From Rhina ancylostomus (lineage: Eukaryota): 64,000 bases of DNA. Made by a program: the position numbers and the translations under genes. Below are positions 51,239 through 64,000 of this stretch, in pieces. Location of the stretch: positions 31,180,917-31,244,916 of the forward strand of contig JARFYF010000022.1 in the NCBI GenBank assembly GCA_030265395.1, given 5' to 3'. The notes beneath the pieces are model-generated. The model ran no database searches. It saw only the letters and a program-made list of their open reading frames with translations, and was not told where the DNA came from. Numbering within the stretch: position 1 is the stretch's first letter; the number at the start of each line of letters is the position of its first letter.

Positions 51239-52949
51239 CTGAAATCAGAGTACAACACGTCGTATTTAAATCCATGCACTGAAGTTATACAGTTGTGTTT
51301 TGACTTAGCTGAAAGCTCTTGGGGAAAACAAACTACCATCTTGCTATTAAGCTACACCATGCAACTTACCCAAGTTGAATCTAGATACAATTTGGATTCA
51401 TTAAGAGAAAAAAAAAATTAGATGTCCCTTTGTCCTCATCATTTCTAAACAGGGATTAAAACCTAGTACAGTATAGATTATATTAATAAAGGATCATCTG
51501 CTCCATGGTCGGAAGCAAGTGAAGTTTTGCTATTTTAGCAGAAAGAGATCCTCATTCATTTATCATCACCTCTATATATTGGGTCTGATGGTGCTGATTT
51601 GTAATTGATGCACTCGAGGGGAAATGAAGGCTAGAGAAAGAATGTGGATCAGCATGTTCTGCAATTCCATCTCTGTACACTTCAGCATGGGAATACAGAA
51701 TGCACTGAAAATCACATAGCAGTACACCTGACCTTCCAACTCCATCACTGGAGTCAGCACCAAATTCAACAGCCATTCCAAATTGTTCTTAGCTCAGAGC
51801 ACAAACATATTTTACGTGGCTTCTCAGCTTTATTGGCTCCCAATAAATGGCACATCTAATGCAGCTAATCTTCAGTTTAAAAAAAGTGAAGCTAGATTTT
51901 TAAAAAATCTTTTCCTATATTAACATAAAAGTTTTACTTTAAGAAGTTGTTCAAATGAAGTTTCTTAACATTCCCAATCACTAAAAATGTTTAAACACAC
52001 TTGAAGAGGCCTCCTGACAGCACAAGCTGTAAGATGACCATCAGGGATAGTTTGTGCTCAGGATCCACTGACTGAGATTTTCTTGATGCTCTCTGGACCA
52101 CCCCACTCCATGGGAATGCAATGGCAGCAATACCTCAAGGAAACTGGAGGCTGTGCAGCCACCAAAGATTAGTGGGACTGTAAGAATCCCATTGTATGGG
52201 AATGTGAGATGCAGGCAAAGTCAATCTCAATCTAGCCTAATGAGAAATGTTAATTTTGTCAACAGATAAGCAATTCAGCCAAGCTTCCAAAAAATAGCAC
52301 CTTTCATGTGTTCCACAGCTTTTCAGAGATCTACGAAGAATAAATGAAAGGCAATTGCCAGAAGGACAAGAGGATTCAGAGGAATGGCCCAAAGTTTGGT
52401 CAGAAGCAGATTTAAGTAAGATCTGAAAGGAGAAAAGATAAAATGATTTTATGGAATGTCAGACCTGGGTGGCTAAAGGCATGGCTACTGATGGCAAGAC
52501 AAGAGAAGTGTACAGTGAGAGTGTTCTTGGAATAGTGAGAGTCGGAGATGAGTTGTAAGAATGGAAGTTAGAGATAAGGAAGGTCTTGGCTCATGGAATT
52601 AAAACACAGGAAAGATGTCCAAGCAATGAAACATGAGAAACTGATTACTAATAACGATCAGCAAGGATAGATATAATGTAAAGGTGAGATATTGTGGGAT
52701 GTCATGCTTGATAGAGTTTACTACAAGTTGAGATTTAGATGTTGAGATACTAGCCAGGGCAGCATTTGAACTGACAAAGGAATGGATCAAGATTTTTAAT
52801 GGGCTAAAATGGATATAGGGACAGACTTCCGATAGAAAAGATACAAGTTTGGGTCCTTATGGTAATGAGGTAACAAATAATCTGGTTTAATTTAAAATGG
52901 ACTCTAATCCCATTTCCCATTTAAAGTATACTTCTTAGCATTAAGGTGA

Positions 52950-53800
52950 CTTTCTTCACTCAAGTTCTGTGGTGGTCAATAGGTGACCCGCAGGAGGTGC
53001 TGGACAGGGTGACCAAATGGCTTGTATGCAAGCTTGTGTGCTCCTTCTGTTTAAGAGGGGCTTCTGTGTGCTTCTAAAAGGGACTCCATAAATGCTGAGA
53101 ATCATCCCAGATGCTCCTTGTCCATTTTGAGTTGGAGGATGACAGCATCCTTCAATAGTTTGGTCTGTCCACCTCATAATCTCTTACCATGATGAGGTTT
53201 CAAGTAGAATGCCCGTTTTGGAGACTGGTGGGCATACAAATAATGTGGCTTCTCCACAACATCCATGTGAGTTCAATTGGAGCTTCAATGCTGAGGATGC
53301 TGACAGCAGTTTGCTTATCCTGCCAGAGGATTTGGAGGATATTGTGGTGACAACATCAGTGGTACGTCTCTAGTGCTTTGAAGCTGACTCAAAGCGTGCA
53401 GAATGGGCAAGGATCACTACTGCTCGGTACAGCATGAGCCTTGTGCTAAGGTTGTGGTCTCAAACCTTTAAAGCCTTTTTCAAAGGCTGTGCTGACGTAC
53501 TGAAGGCAGTAATATCTGACTTCACTACAGGTGGCTTCTGAGAAATGGGAAGTGTACACAATTTCCAGGGTCTCGTTGCATAATTTTGTCTGGGGCAGTG
53601 TTGTACAGTAGGCGAATGATAGTAGAGGATGTTTATTTTAATGCAACGACTATTCTCTTGTACAAAAGCTGACTTGTGCAGAAGTTAATGACTTGGTGCT
53701 CAGCCTGCAACACATGGTCTGTGTACTGTAGCTTAACGACTGAACTCGGTTCTGGTGTGGATGTGACATTTTCCATTTGTTCTGCAGGTTAGCTTCACTC
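52950..53800 (-). mobile_element. RTE-clade LINE 3' fragment
   Basis: Minus translation LKALETYH*CCHHNILQILWQDK...SIEA..., typical of the RTE ORF C-terminus. Confidence 0.7.
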
Positions 53801-53851
53801 CAGCAGAGAGCTAATTGGAGCTTTAAGTGCAGACTGTAGTGAGAAAGCTTT

Positions 53852-54320
53852 ACCATAGAACAATACAGCACAATACAGGCCCTTCAGCCCTCCTGGTGCC
53901 AACCTTTAAACAACACCTAAGACTAACTCACCCCTTCCTCCCACATATCCCCCTATTTTAAATTCCTCCATGTGCTTATCTAACCATCTCTTGAACTTGA
54001 CCAATATATCTACCTCCACCACCACCCCAGGCAGCGCATTCCATGCACCAACCACTCTCTGGGTAAAAAACCTCCCTCTGATATCTCCCTTGAACTTCCC
54101 ACCCATTACTTTNNNNNNNNNNNNNNNNNNNNNNNNNNNNNNNNNNNNNNNNNNNNNNNNNNNNNNNNNNNNNNNNNNNNNNNNNNNNNNNNNNNNNNNN
54201 NNNNNNNNNNNNAGAACTAATCCTTGTGGGACATCGCTAGTCACAGCCCTCTGATCTGAATGCACTCCCTCCACCAAACCCTCTGCCTTCTACAGGCTAG
54301 CCAATTCTAAATCCACACCA
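53852..54320 (-). mobile_element. CR1 3' fragment spanning a 100-N gap
   Basis: Minus ORF 53906-54277: VTSDVPQG ... KVMGGKFKGDIRGRFFTQRVVGAWNALP. Confidence 0.88.
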
Positions 54321-54349
54321 CAGAGGAGTACTGGGGCAACAACAGAGCT

Positions 54350-54490
54350 TCATTTGACTCCAGTCTGAGATGGAGAGACAGAGATCCAGAAAAGGAAGGG
54401 AAGAGTCAAAGACTGACTGTGTGAAGGCGAGGGCAGGGTGGAAATTGATAGCATAAGTCATGAATTTATCATTCTGCATGAGTACAGGAA
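54350..54490 (-). mobile_element. Penelope-like element RT fragment
   Basis: FHPALAFTQSVFDSSLPFLDLCLSIS (PLE RT motif hHPxhxFT...LPFLD). Confidence 0.75.
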
Positions 54491-54529
54491 CAGTACTTGT
54501 GTTCAGTCTGTAGGAGTGGGGGTGACACT

Positions 54530-54960
54530 GAGTTTCCTATTACCTGCCACTTTAATTCTCCATCCCACTCTGACCTATTGTCTGTGGCTTCTAGTACTGT
54601 AATAATGAGGCCCAATGTAACTTGAAGAACAGCATCATCTCTTCCATCTGGGCAGGTTACAGCCTTTGGGACTTAATGTTCATTACTACAACTTCAGGTA
54701 ATTTGATTTCTGTCTGTATCAGTCATACATCTATGATAATGGCTCAGCTATTGGTATTCCCCCCACCCTACCCCTTTTTTCTTCTTTTTTCTCTCTGGGT
54801 GTGGAGGACATGCCCATTCTGACTTGCCAGGCGCATTTGCATTTGTAGCTCCCTCACACTTATCCATGTTCTTTTGTCCTCGCCCTTTACCTGCTTCCAT
54901 TCACTCACTGACCAGATAACCTTTCCTGTTTTAGATTTTTAGCAATTGTGTTTTTGTTTT
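54530..54960 (+). mobile_element. Penelope-like element 3' fragment (GIY-YIG C-terminus)
   Basis: Degenerate HFNSPSHS...LEEQHHLFHLGRLQPLGLN. Confidence 0.75.
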
Positions 54961-55859
54961 GATTTTCACTTAATTAAATTCCACAAGCAATAAAATAGAT
55001 TCATGGGCTTGACAATCAGAATACAATAATCCAATGTATATAAATTATTGATGAAATAACTTTGATGGTATTGCTGGACTACATCTCTCAGATCTCCATC
55101 TAAGGCTTTGAGGTGAAGCTTCCAGACATTTTTTAAGTTCTCTAATCACAAAATAAGTAACAGACAACAATCAGGTTTCAATTTCTAAAGTTTTTTTGTA
55201 AAATTGTAAACTCTTCCAATATGATTGGTCAGATTCAATTTTCTACTCAGTTCAAACACTTTCCTTTTTTTTTAAAAAAAGAACTTTGTAACTGTTAAAT
55301 TGCATTATATTTGACCTCTTAGCTCATTCAAGTATTGTAGTATTTTATGAAGTACTGAATGAGAACTAATACTGGAGGAAAGCAAGATTGAATGCATGAT
55401 ATGCCTTGTTTAGCAATAAACATGATCATATCTGATTGACTTTACTGAGGGTGCGGTTGCGTTGAGTGAATTTGGATCTTGTTTTAACAAAAAATAATTG
55501 GTGCTTGCCAGAAAATAGACATTTGTGTTTTTGACAGCTTTGCAATAAAGCAGCCTAATACTTTATACCTATGTGTTATTTCCAAGAAACCAGACAATTA
55601 AAAAAAACACATTAATCCACTGGTTCCTTTGCAATAGTACTAATTTTAATGCGTTCATTTTGCCTTTCTGTTTAATGGCAATACTGGAGAATACTACTTT
55701 ATCAATTTTTGTTAATGGCTAGTTGTGAACACATTTACTAGGCACTGCTCTTGTTATATGCGTAATAAGGTAGTGCTTCTATAAATCAAGCCGCCAATCA
55801 TCTTGCATACATGACATTAGACTAAATCAAGTCCGGACTGACAAGAAATTAAAGGCCAT

Positions 55860-56045
55860 ATCAGAACCACAAAACAAAAACTTTGGGAACAGATTGTATC
55901 CCAGAAGTTCCAGACACAATTCACAGCATCTTTTCCCACAGTCCCCAAAGAAGAGGGCATGCAAGTGAATTTCAGGGGTGCCACCATTCTGTCAATCTTC
56001 AAAAAAGGAGACAAAACTGGTTGCTGTGACAGCAGAGGGGGCCAG
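55860..56045 (+). mobile_element. RTE-clade LINE internal fragment
   Basis: Degenerate MQVNFRGATILSIFKKGDKTGCCDSRG (RT-proximal IFKKGDxxDCxNYRG motif). Confidence 0.55.
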
Positions 56046-56059
56046 GCTAGCTACTAACA

Positions 56060-56990
56060 TCCATTACAAGCTGAACAACTCCCACATCTATCTTGACCTC
56101 CATCCAGCCTCCAGTTAGGATTTCACGCAGTTCCTTAGTTTCTGTTGTATTTGCTCCAATGATGAGTTTCCGTACATGTGCTTCTGAAATGTCTTCCTTC
56201 TTCCTGAACCATGGCTTCCTCTTTATTGTTATTAACAAAGCCCTTTGACCCACATCTCACCCACTTTCCATGCCTCTGCTCTCATCCCTCTTCTCTGAGG
56301 TGGAACAAAGACAGAGTTCTCCAGGTCCTNNNNNNNNNNAGTGATTCCACCACCAGACACATCTTCCCCTCTCTTCCCTTTTAAGCATTTTGCAGAAACT
56401 GTTCTCTTCGCAACTCCCAGGTCCACCCTTCCACTCCAACCAACCACACCTCTTCTTACAGCACTTTACCTTGCAATGCAAAACTTGTCCTTTCATGTCT
56501 TCTCTTCCCACCATCTGAGGACCCAGATAGCCTTTCCAAATGAATCAGCGATTCACTTGTACTTCTTCCAATGTAGTGTATTACATTCAGTGTTCACAAC
56601 ACTGGAGAAACTAAATGCAGATTGTGTGATTGCTTTGCAGATCACTTTTATTTCTCTCTGGGAGTAGAGCACACGCCCAGCTTGATCTGCCAAGCGCGCC
56701 TTCCTGCTCTGCATTTTGCAACTCCTACATTCTTTGAGTTATGTTCTTTTGTCTGTGCCCTCATGCTCTAACTGCTCTCATTCATTCATTGACCAGATAA
56801 CCTGTTTACAGCTTATCCCTGTGATCACACCAGCTTGACCCTATCAGAGACATCCCTCTCCCCTACTCTCCCTGCAGCTGAACAAACTTCTTTTGTTTCC
56901 TTCCCAGTTTTCAAGCATTAATTCTGTTTCCCTTCCCATGAATATGGTCTGACCTGCTGACTATTTTCAACATTTTCTGCTTCTATTTTA
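56060..56990 (+). mobile_element. Penelope-like element (RT thumb, Cys linker, GIY-YIG endonuclease, terminus), decayed
   Basis: Remnants of QFLxxxxICS, SEMSSFFLNHGF, FTCTSSNVVYYIQC, GETKCRLCDCFADH; terminal gacctgctgactattttcaacattttctg. Confidence 0.8.
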
Positions 56991-57546
56991 AACTGAATTA
57001 AAACAGTTTGATTCTGTGAGCCATGCAGGTAAATGCTCAAAGGTTATATGTTGCGTGCATCAGCCTTCTAAACTTAAACTCAATCTGTTTGTAATTAACC
57101 CAGCACAAAAAGGATGAGTTATGTTTTGTACAAACAACTCATATGATCAATAATTGAAGATAGCATCTAAATATCCTATGCATTTGTGGAAGTAGTACAG
57201 TCACTATCAATACCCAAGAAAACTGAAAATAAAAGCCCCTGCGTCTTCACCAATTGAAATAAGGTAGCTGATAGAAAGTTGTCAGGAACTTGTATTTCTG
57301 GGAATAGAACAGAATTTTGCAGCTAACATGCAAAATTCTTTGCCATTATATTTACATGATACAGATCAAGATAATGCAAAGGCCCCAAAATATATAATTG
57401 CATGCATTTGTTTGGTAATGGATGGCCAAGGAGAAAATCTGTCAAAATAGTACTCAACAGCACAGCCTCATTGCCATAAAGTGAATCACTACACTGTTAA
57501 ATACTTGTAGTAATAAACTTTAAATTTTGCACAAAAGATGACTTAC

Positions 57547-57592
57547 CATTCTTTGCAACATTTGATGAATCGCCACTCTCTTTTGATTTAAC
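57547..57592 (-). CDS. PIK3C2A: PIK3C2A short linker exon: VKSKESGDSSNVAKN(G)
   Basis: Acceptor aatacag|GTT, donor AATG|gtaagt; 46 nt, supplies exactly the phase 0-to-1 shift needed between the flanking exons; sequence itself poorly conserved. Confidence 0.8.
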
Positions 57593-57789
57593 CTGTATTT
57601 GAGAACACATTATAATCAGTTTCCAAAGTCAGATGTGAATTGAAATGCATGAGACTCTAAGGAACTGAACATTGTACAATGTAATGCATGACAATTTCGC
57701 TTCACTTGGAAGATAATTAAGTTACTCATTCAATTTCACATTTATCTCAATGGTCTGGATCTTTTGCTTAAAAGCTGGCAGTTCCACAT

Positions 57790-57895
57790 GGTTTTGAATA
57801 TGTAAAGGGTTTTTTTTTAAACAGGGTTTTGACTATGTAAAGGGTTTTGACTATTTACAGGGTTTTGACTATTTACAGGGTTTTGACTATGTAAT
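57790..57895 (+). repeat. 18-bp minisatellite, ~6 copies, unit GGTTTTGACTAT(G/T)TA(A/C)AG
   Basis: Units start at 57790, 57808 (degenerate), 57825, 57843, 57861, 57879. Confidence 0.9.
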
Positions 57896-59271
57896 TGCAC
57901 AAAAGTTCTGGACTTCCAAAGGCAGAAGTCCGAAACTTCTGCATTGCTGATTGCTGCTCCTGGGAGAATGGTATCCTACCATTGGACTCCTCATGGAGCC
58001 GAGTGGGAAATCAAAGTTCAGAAGATTTCACCAAACTTATGCTAAGAAATCTACCTGTCAAGCAGCAACCCATTCATTTTAATTGTTGGATTTCATTGCT
58101 TTTAAATTTTCCTACTGTTTTTAAGTATTTCAACTCTTAATTTTTTTAAAAAAGTGCTTTTAATTTTTAATAATTTTTAAGTATTTGTGAATGTCATGAA
58201 CATTCACATCCTTCAACAGCTTACAAGTCAGAGCAGGATTTAACCGACTCAGCTTTTGTGGTTCAGGTCTGCCTGTTAAGATTGGCAAAACTCACTGCTG
58301 AATTAGCGGGGACTTACTTCCCAGTGGAAGAATGTGCCTGGGTACTTGGTCACAATAATAGTGGATTTTTGACATTAAACACAAAGCAATCTGAGTTTAC
58401 TCATCAATGGTAGATTGGGGCCAATCTATCAATAGATGGTTTGATACGTACTCAACATCCTATGTTCAAGTACCTTTTTGTCTATTGACCGCAGTTTACA
58501 GAACAAAAGAAACATTCTTGCAAGGATCACACATTTGACTGTCATTACAAAAAAGAATGGCTAGAAAACATGGCTAAAGTAAAAACTTTAAGGACTTCAG
58601 AAGTTTGGCTTGAAGTTTTAAGGTGGCTTCAGAAGTTGGGGATACAATATAGAAGACATTTTCAGAGGAGATGGTCTCCTTGGCTGAAATGTCTACCACT
58701 GGTGGCATAGTAAGTAACACAAAGGACATGGAATCAAACTCAAGACCTTCTGCTCTATGACTTGCTGCTACACTGGGTAACACAGAACATGTATTCAGAC
58801 AACTTTACCCAAAGTCTCCATTTCAGTTAGCTCATTTCCATGACAACATTCCCTTTAGTTTCCTCCTGCTGCCTATTATTTCTTTCTAATGCACTTAGAA
58901 TGATTTCAACAATATACACTGTTCATTAATAGTTCCCATCAGACATTAACACAGGTAATTTAAAGATTCCAGCAATTTACCTTATCAACTATTGTGCTGA
59001 GTTAAATCCAATACAGATTTAACCCTGGTGTGTTATGAATACTGAGAATTGAATACTATGTTCTTAAATTTAATATTTAAGTGAACACTTATTTTCCAAG
59101 TGAAGGAAAATTGTCATGCTTTACGTTGTGCAATTTTCCATACCTCAGTCTCCACTACAAGCTTCAACAGAAACCATCTTAAAAAGAGAACATAATCTCA
59201 TATCAAAAGGATAACATTTCTGCAAGCTTACTCACAAATCACTCTTTATCATATAAATTTAAAAGTACAAT

Positions 59272-59480
59272 GGGAAGCACAGTGGCACAGCTCCAATGAC
59301 ATGTGGGTTGGTAGGTTAATTGCCCCAAGTTTGTAAGTGAGTGATTGAATCTGGGGGAGATGATGGGAGTGCGGGAAGAATAAAACTGGAGTAGCGTACG
59401 ATCAATGTAAATGAGTGTTTGATGGTTGGCACAGACTCGGTGGACTAAAGGGCCCATTTCTGTGCGACAACTATGACATT
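59272..59480 (+). mobile_element. V-SINE (HE1-like) with internal deletion
   Basis: gcacagtggcacag head joined directly to gggttggtaggttaattg... and tail gactcggtggactaaagggcccatttctgtgc. Confidence 0.7.
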
Positions 59481-59689
59481 TGTACAGAAATGCAACCAGC
59501 AACACAGCAGCAGCTTCACCAGAAAATAAGAGAGAAATTACTGAACTCACATGCCTGGGATGCAAGGAAATCTCATGTAGGAGATTCAATTTAACTCAAT
59601 ACTGCAGTATATATGCTGTAACCCAAAGGGGTCATTTTTGTAGAGATTTTTACTACAATTAAATTAATTGAGAAGTGAAGATGCTTTTG

Positions 59690-60750
59690 GTCATTCTGGT
59701 CATCTTTGAATGGATTGAAAACTGGCTGTCTCATACAATAAGACAGAATAAATGGGTCCTTTTCAGACTGGAATGAGGTAACTTGTGTAGTATCATAGGG
59801 ATAATTTCTTGGCCCACAATCATTCACTATTTACAATAATGATCTGGAGTAAGGAACAGTGTGCAAGTTTCCATATTTGTTGATGACAGGAAAATAGGTG
59901 AAAGGAAAGGTTGTGATAAGGATGCTGTGATTCTCCAATGAAAGAAGTAGTTTGAGTGGGTGGGCAGAAGACTGGCAAATGGAGTTTAATATGCACTTCA
60001 GTGAGATGAAGCAAAAGGCAGTTTTTTTTAACTGAATGGAAAGAGACTGAAAGTGAGTGGACTAAGAGGCACACAGGTGTTCTAATGCATGAATCACAAA
60101 AAGCTGGCAGACTAGATCAACAAATTATCAAAAATGCAAACAGCATTTTGGTCTTCATTGCAAAAGGAGTTTAAAAATAGGGAGGTTGTGGTGCAATTTT
60201 ACCAGGTGTTGGTGAGGCCTCAGCTGGAATACTGTGTACAGTTTTGGTCCCCTTACCTTGAAAAGAAAATGTAGTAACATTGGAGGCAGTCCGAAGGAGA
60301 TTCACGAGGCTAATTCCTGGGATGAGAGAATTCTCCTACCAAAGGAGATTAAATACTTTGGGCCTGGAATTTATTCAAACATGCAAGATCCCAAGAGAGC
60401 TTGACAGGGTACATATTGGGATCTTTTCACTAGTGGAAGAGTCTCAAACAAGGGCACATAATTACAAGATAAAGGGGCTAGTCATTTAAAACTGAGGCAC
60501 ATGAAAATTTCTTTTTGCAGAGGGGTGGTGAATCTCTGCAATTTTCTGCCCTGGTGGGTGATGGTAACTGGATCATTAAAAGTATGTAAAGTGAAAGTGA
60601 ATATATATTTGATAGATCAAGGAAGAGGGATACTGAGAAGTGACACAGAAGAGGCGTTGAGGCCAGCATAGTTGAGTCATGATCATACTAAATGCCAGGG
60701 TAGCTTGCATGGCTTGATGGCTCACTTCTGCTCCCATTTTGTGCTCTTGT
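59690..60750 (+). mobile_element. Old CR1 LINE 3' fragment
   Basis: Remnants [43 protein letters not shown]. Confidence 0.85.
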
Positions 60751-62790
60751 ACCTTATCAAGCCAAAAGGAGGGATGAATAAAGAAATTTCAGAGAAGCTT
60801 TCGAAACTGAAAGTGGAGGGGGTAGAAGGACTTGGAAAGAGAATTACTTACTACGGGTCAATGCATCTAAAGTAATGACCCATAAATAGCAATGAGGCTT
60901 GGGAATAGTAAAGAAGAAAGCTAATGGACAAGAGACATACAGCTAAAAAGAGTTAGAGTTGAAGTAAATTTACACAGATAACACAGATAGGGAGGAGCAG
61001 AACAAAACATGAGAATGAATTGCAAAAGTTGTGATTTTGGGAGGACTGGGAGTTCATGTACGTAAGCAGGGACAGAGTTCATGGCTGCATGGTAGGACAT
61101 GGGCAGCAGAGCTTTCGAGAAACTTCAACATATGGAGTATGCAGGATGGAGGTTAAGAGAGCACTGTAATAAAGATGTTGGCTACAGANNNNNNNNNNNN
61201 NNNNNNNNNNNNNNNNNNNNNNNNNNNNNNNNNNNNNNNNNNNNNNNNNNNNNNNNNNNNNNNNNNNNNNNNNNNNNNNNNNNNNNNNGATGTTGGCTAC
61301 AGATGAACAGGTGTTGGAGAAGGGCAAGTTGTTGCTCTGGAGGTGGAGGTGGGTAATGTGTGCCTGGTGCTGACATGGGGATTGGTTATATATCAAATAG
61401 GATACAGACTGCACATAGTCCTTAGAAACACACCATCCCTTATTCTTACAGAAACCAAGCAAAACAATTTTGAACACAATTCAAACATCTTCTCTGATAA
61501 TTTATTCTCCAGCTCTAACATTTTGGTAGTATGTCTGCCTGAATTCATTTCTCAAGTATGACACAAAATTAATAATCAAGGTTATCTAATATTTAAATCC
61601 ATCCTTACTGACAACAACTTACTGAGATGAAAATGCTATAAAATGCTGAGATGCTCCTCAACCTTCCTTTTGATAAAGGAACATTCTTTTATATGTTTAA
61701 ACTAAAAATAAGAAAACAACATTTGGGTATAATGCATTAAAAATTGATGATAATTTTAAGGAGCATCTAGAAATAACCAATACAGGCTTCATTTCCCTTT
61801 TTAATTAGTATTAAGTGGATTCCCTTAGACTGATAATAAACTAGAATCATAGATATCCTCCATATTCTACAAAATATTCAATGGATGGATCGCTTAACCA
61901 CACTATGTGCATTTGATATGGACTGAGAGCACATTGCTACTTAATGACCCATAATACTAGAACGTTAGGGCTACATTACTCCCAGTCTGCTGGGCAATCA
62001 TTTTTGCATTGAAAAAAACACCACAATCTCCCAACTTCAAGCGACACAACAATAATCATGTTACCAACTCAGCAACAACTTTTAACTGCTATTGTGAATG
62101 TTGTGGCTCTTGAACTCATTGCTTCAGACTGATGCTATACATGAGTTCCTCCTCAGTGATTAACAGAGATCAATTGTTATAGTACCATGATTTGTTGATC
62201 AGTTATAACTCCCAGAAGGGAGAATTACCAACTAACAATGATATTGAATGGTCATAAAAAGGTTAAGCAACAATACTCTGAAAGACAAAGCAGTGCCATT
62301 ATTGAAATAAAGTAGGTTTAAGGTTTGAGTTGTATTAAGCTTAGTTTGAGATAATGTTATTATGCAAGTGTTGTGAATTGCTGTGCATCAAAGATTAACA
62401 ATTAAATTTAGTAATGGCCACCTTATTCAATGAGATACGGTGCTGACAAAGGAACAATGTTGCACTCTATACCACCAAAAGTTACTTTGTCTTTGGCGGT
62501 CATTTCCTGCACATCCTTCCCAGTAGGCACTAGAGCAGCAGGTTTGTATATGATAAGTAAGCCAAACTGTTTGAACACTTATCAACTGAACACCAGTAAA
62601 ATGAGTCACATTACTTTAATCCTAGGAATGAGATAACAAATGTAGCCAATTGAATGATAAAACAACAGCAAGAATCTTCAAATATCTCAACTGTAAGGAA
62701 TTCTGCTATTGAGCCAAACTTAGTGTAGAACAGAATATTTTTTCAGTATGGATTAATTAGATGTGGATGCAAAAAATGTGATGATCTTAC

Positions 62791-62937
62791 CTCAACAGTT
62801 TTACTTTTCGGTAGATTAACAACCCGTTTTAATTTCTTTACAGCATCAGTGACAGCCTTGGTCTCTGCACCATCCAACGCACTGCAAATGTCCTTTACAG
62901 ATTGGATAATCTGTTCCATCATTTTGTATTGTTTTCC
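62791..62937 (-). CDS. PIK3C2A: PIK3C2A coding exon (helical bundle region): [49 protein letters not shown]
   Basis: Acceptor ttaacaag|GGA, donor GAG|gtaaga; 147 nt, phase 0-0; matches the human ICSALDGVET...VKKLKRAVNLP segment. Confidence 0.92.
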
Positions 62938-63329
62938 CTTGTTAAAGATTGAACAGCACAGGAATGTTGTACACATTTAGAAAAAAGGCTAACATTACAG
63001 GGCACTATTGTTGAAAGAACTTATTTAGGAAAACATAAGGCACTCCATGTTCACACTTTATTCCACAATAACAAACATGTAATTAAGAATGCTGGTCTAC
63101 ATTTTCAAAGAAGATTGGAATACAATCAGCTGCATTAAAGTTTCCCTTATGCAAGCATTAATACAGGATAGACCATGCTGCTAAACTCAGTCAGCACTTT
63201 TTTCATAAAGGAATTGTAATAATATTCAAGTAAATTACTTGTTTAATTTGGCTGATAAGGATAGAGTAGGTTGTTAATAAGGGCAGCTCAAACTAAATTC
63301 TTGCCAGTTTTCCTTCATCTTGGAAGCCT

Positions 63330-63430
63330 CAGATCTTATAAAGCGTCTCTGACCTGAAACATCAACTCTGTTCTCCTTCCACAGATGCTACCTGGCCAAC
63401 TAAGTGTTCCCAGCATTTTCTCTTTTCACT
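63330..63430 (+). mobile_element. Penelope-terminus-derived fragment
   Basis: gacctgaaacatcaactctgttctccttccacagatgctacctggccaactaagtgttcccagcattttc. Confidence 0.55.
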
Positions 63431-64000
63431 TTGCAAGTCTTAGTAATTGACAAGATAGGGAGGGGAGAAAATGCCGATCTTGCACGTTCTTTGGACTTTG
63501 GAAAGTAGCCCAATCTTAGAGGAAAATATATTCAAACTACCTTGCAATAATTGCTGCAGCAATGGACTCCCCCAGCTGGTGCATTACAAGTTGTCATTAA
63601 GACAAACAAATCTTTACATTCTAGAATGATTCTCAGTGATAGCATGTGATTTTTTTTAAATCCCTTCTTCACAGCAAAGATCGCAAATTACTCCAATTGG
63701 GTAACTGGACTGGAAAAAATGAACTTTATTCCAAATCTCCCTTCACCATTCTTTTCCATAAATATTGACAGAAATGCAGACCTCTAAAGCACACACTTCA
63801 CTGCACAGAAGTGGCCACTCAGTGAATGTTTTTTCACAATATTTGATTCTGGGAATAGTCATCGCTCCATTTCATAGTAGTCAACTAATAGACTGAATTT
63901 CAAATTTTTATCAACATCATTGTTTACCTCTTGCATTGCAGCAGATTAAACTGTCAAAAAACCTCCTTCATACCAGATTAATACCTACTTCCTTTTGAAG

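Noticed and set aside
57790-57895. CRISPR-like array
   Set aside because: The repeats are contiguous with no unique spacers, and the context is eukaryotic; it is a minisatellite.
58574-58783. 69-aa minus ORF as an alternative PIK3C2A exon
   Set aside because: No convincing donor site and no similarity to PI3K; it contains a B-box-like SINE remnant.
63541-63575. 35-nt AG...GT segment as the next upstream PIK3C2A exon
   Set aside because: Weak splice signals and no similarity to the expected upstream exon; the true exon is probably beyond 64000.

Overview
This is vertebrate genomic DNA, most likely from a cartilaginous fish. That call is inferred from the repeat complement (V-SINE/HE1-like SINEs, CR1, Rex1/Babar, RTE and Penelope elements). 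The window is dominated by the 3' two-thirds of PIK3C2A (class II PI3-kinase alpha) on the minus strand. I traced 25 GT-AG coding exons from 62937 down to the stop at 10654. They join in phase into 3369 nt (1122 aa plus stop) covering the helical bundle, N-C2, helical, kinase, PX and C-terminal C2 domains. A ~2.95 kb 3'UTR ends at an AATAAA near 7716-7721, and the 5' exons lie outside the window. Introns are filled with decayed retroelements. The most unusual signal is intergenic, at ~1140-3040 on the plus strand. Three tandem, intronless, degenerate copies of one membrane-glycoprotein-like module sit there (Cys motif EKGVYCVTT...C...CFxP, helical stretch, Trp-rich juxtamembrane segment, hydrophobic segment). 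Copies 1 and 2 differ mostly at synonymous positions within their conserved motifs. This looks like the fossil of a retroviral/LTR element carrying an env plus truncated env paralogues; the family assignment is inference and needs a profile search.
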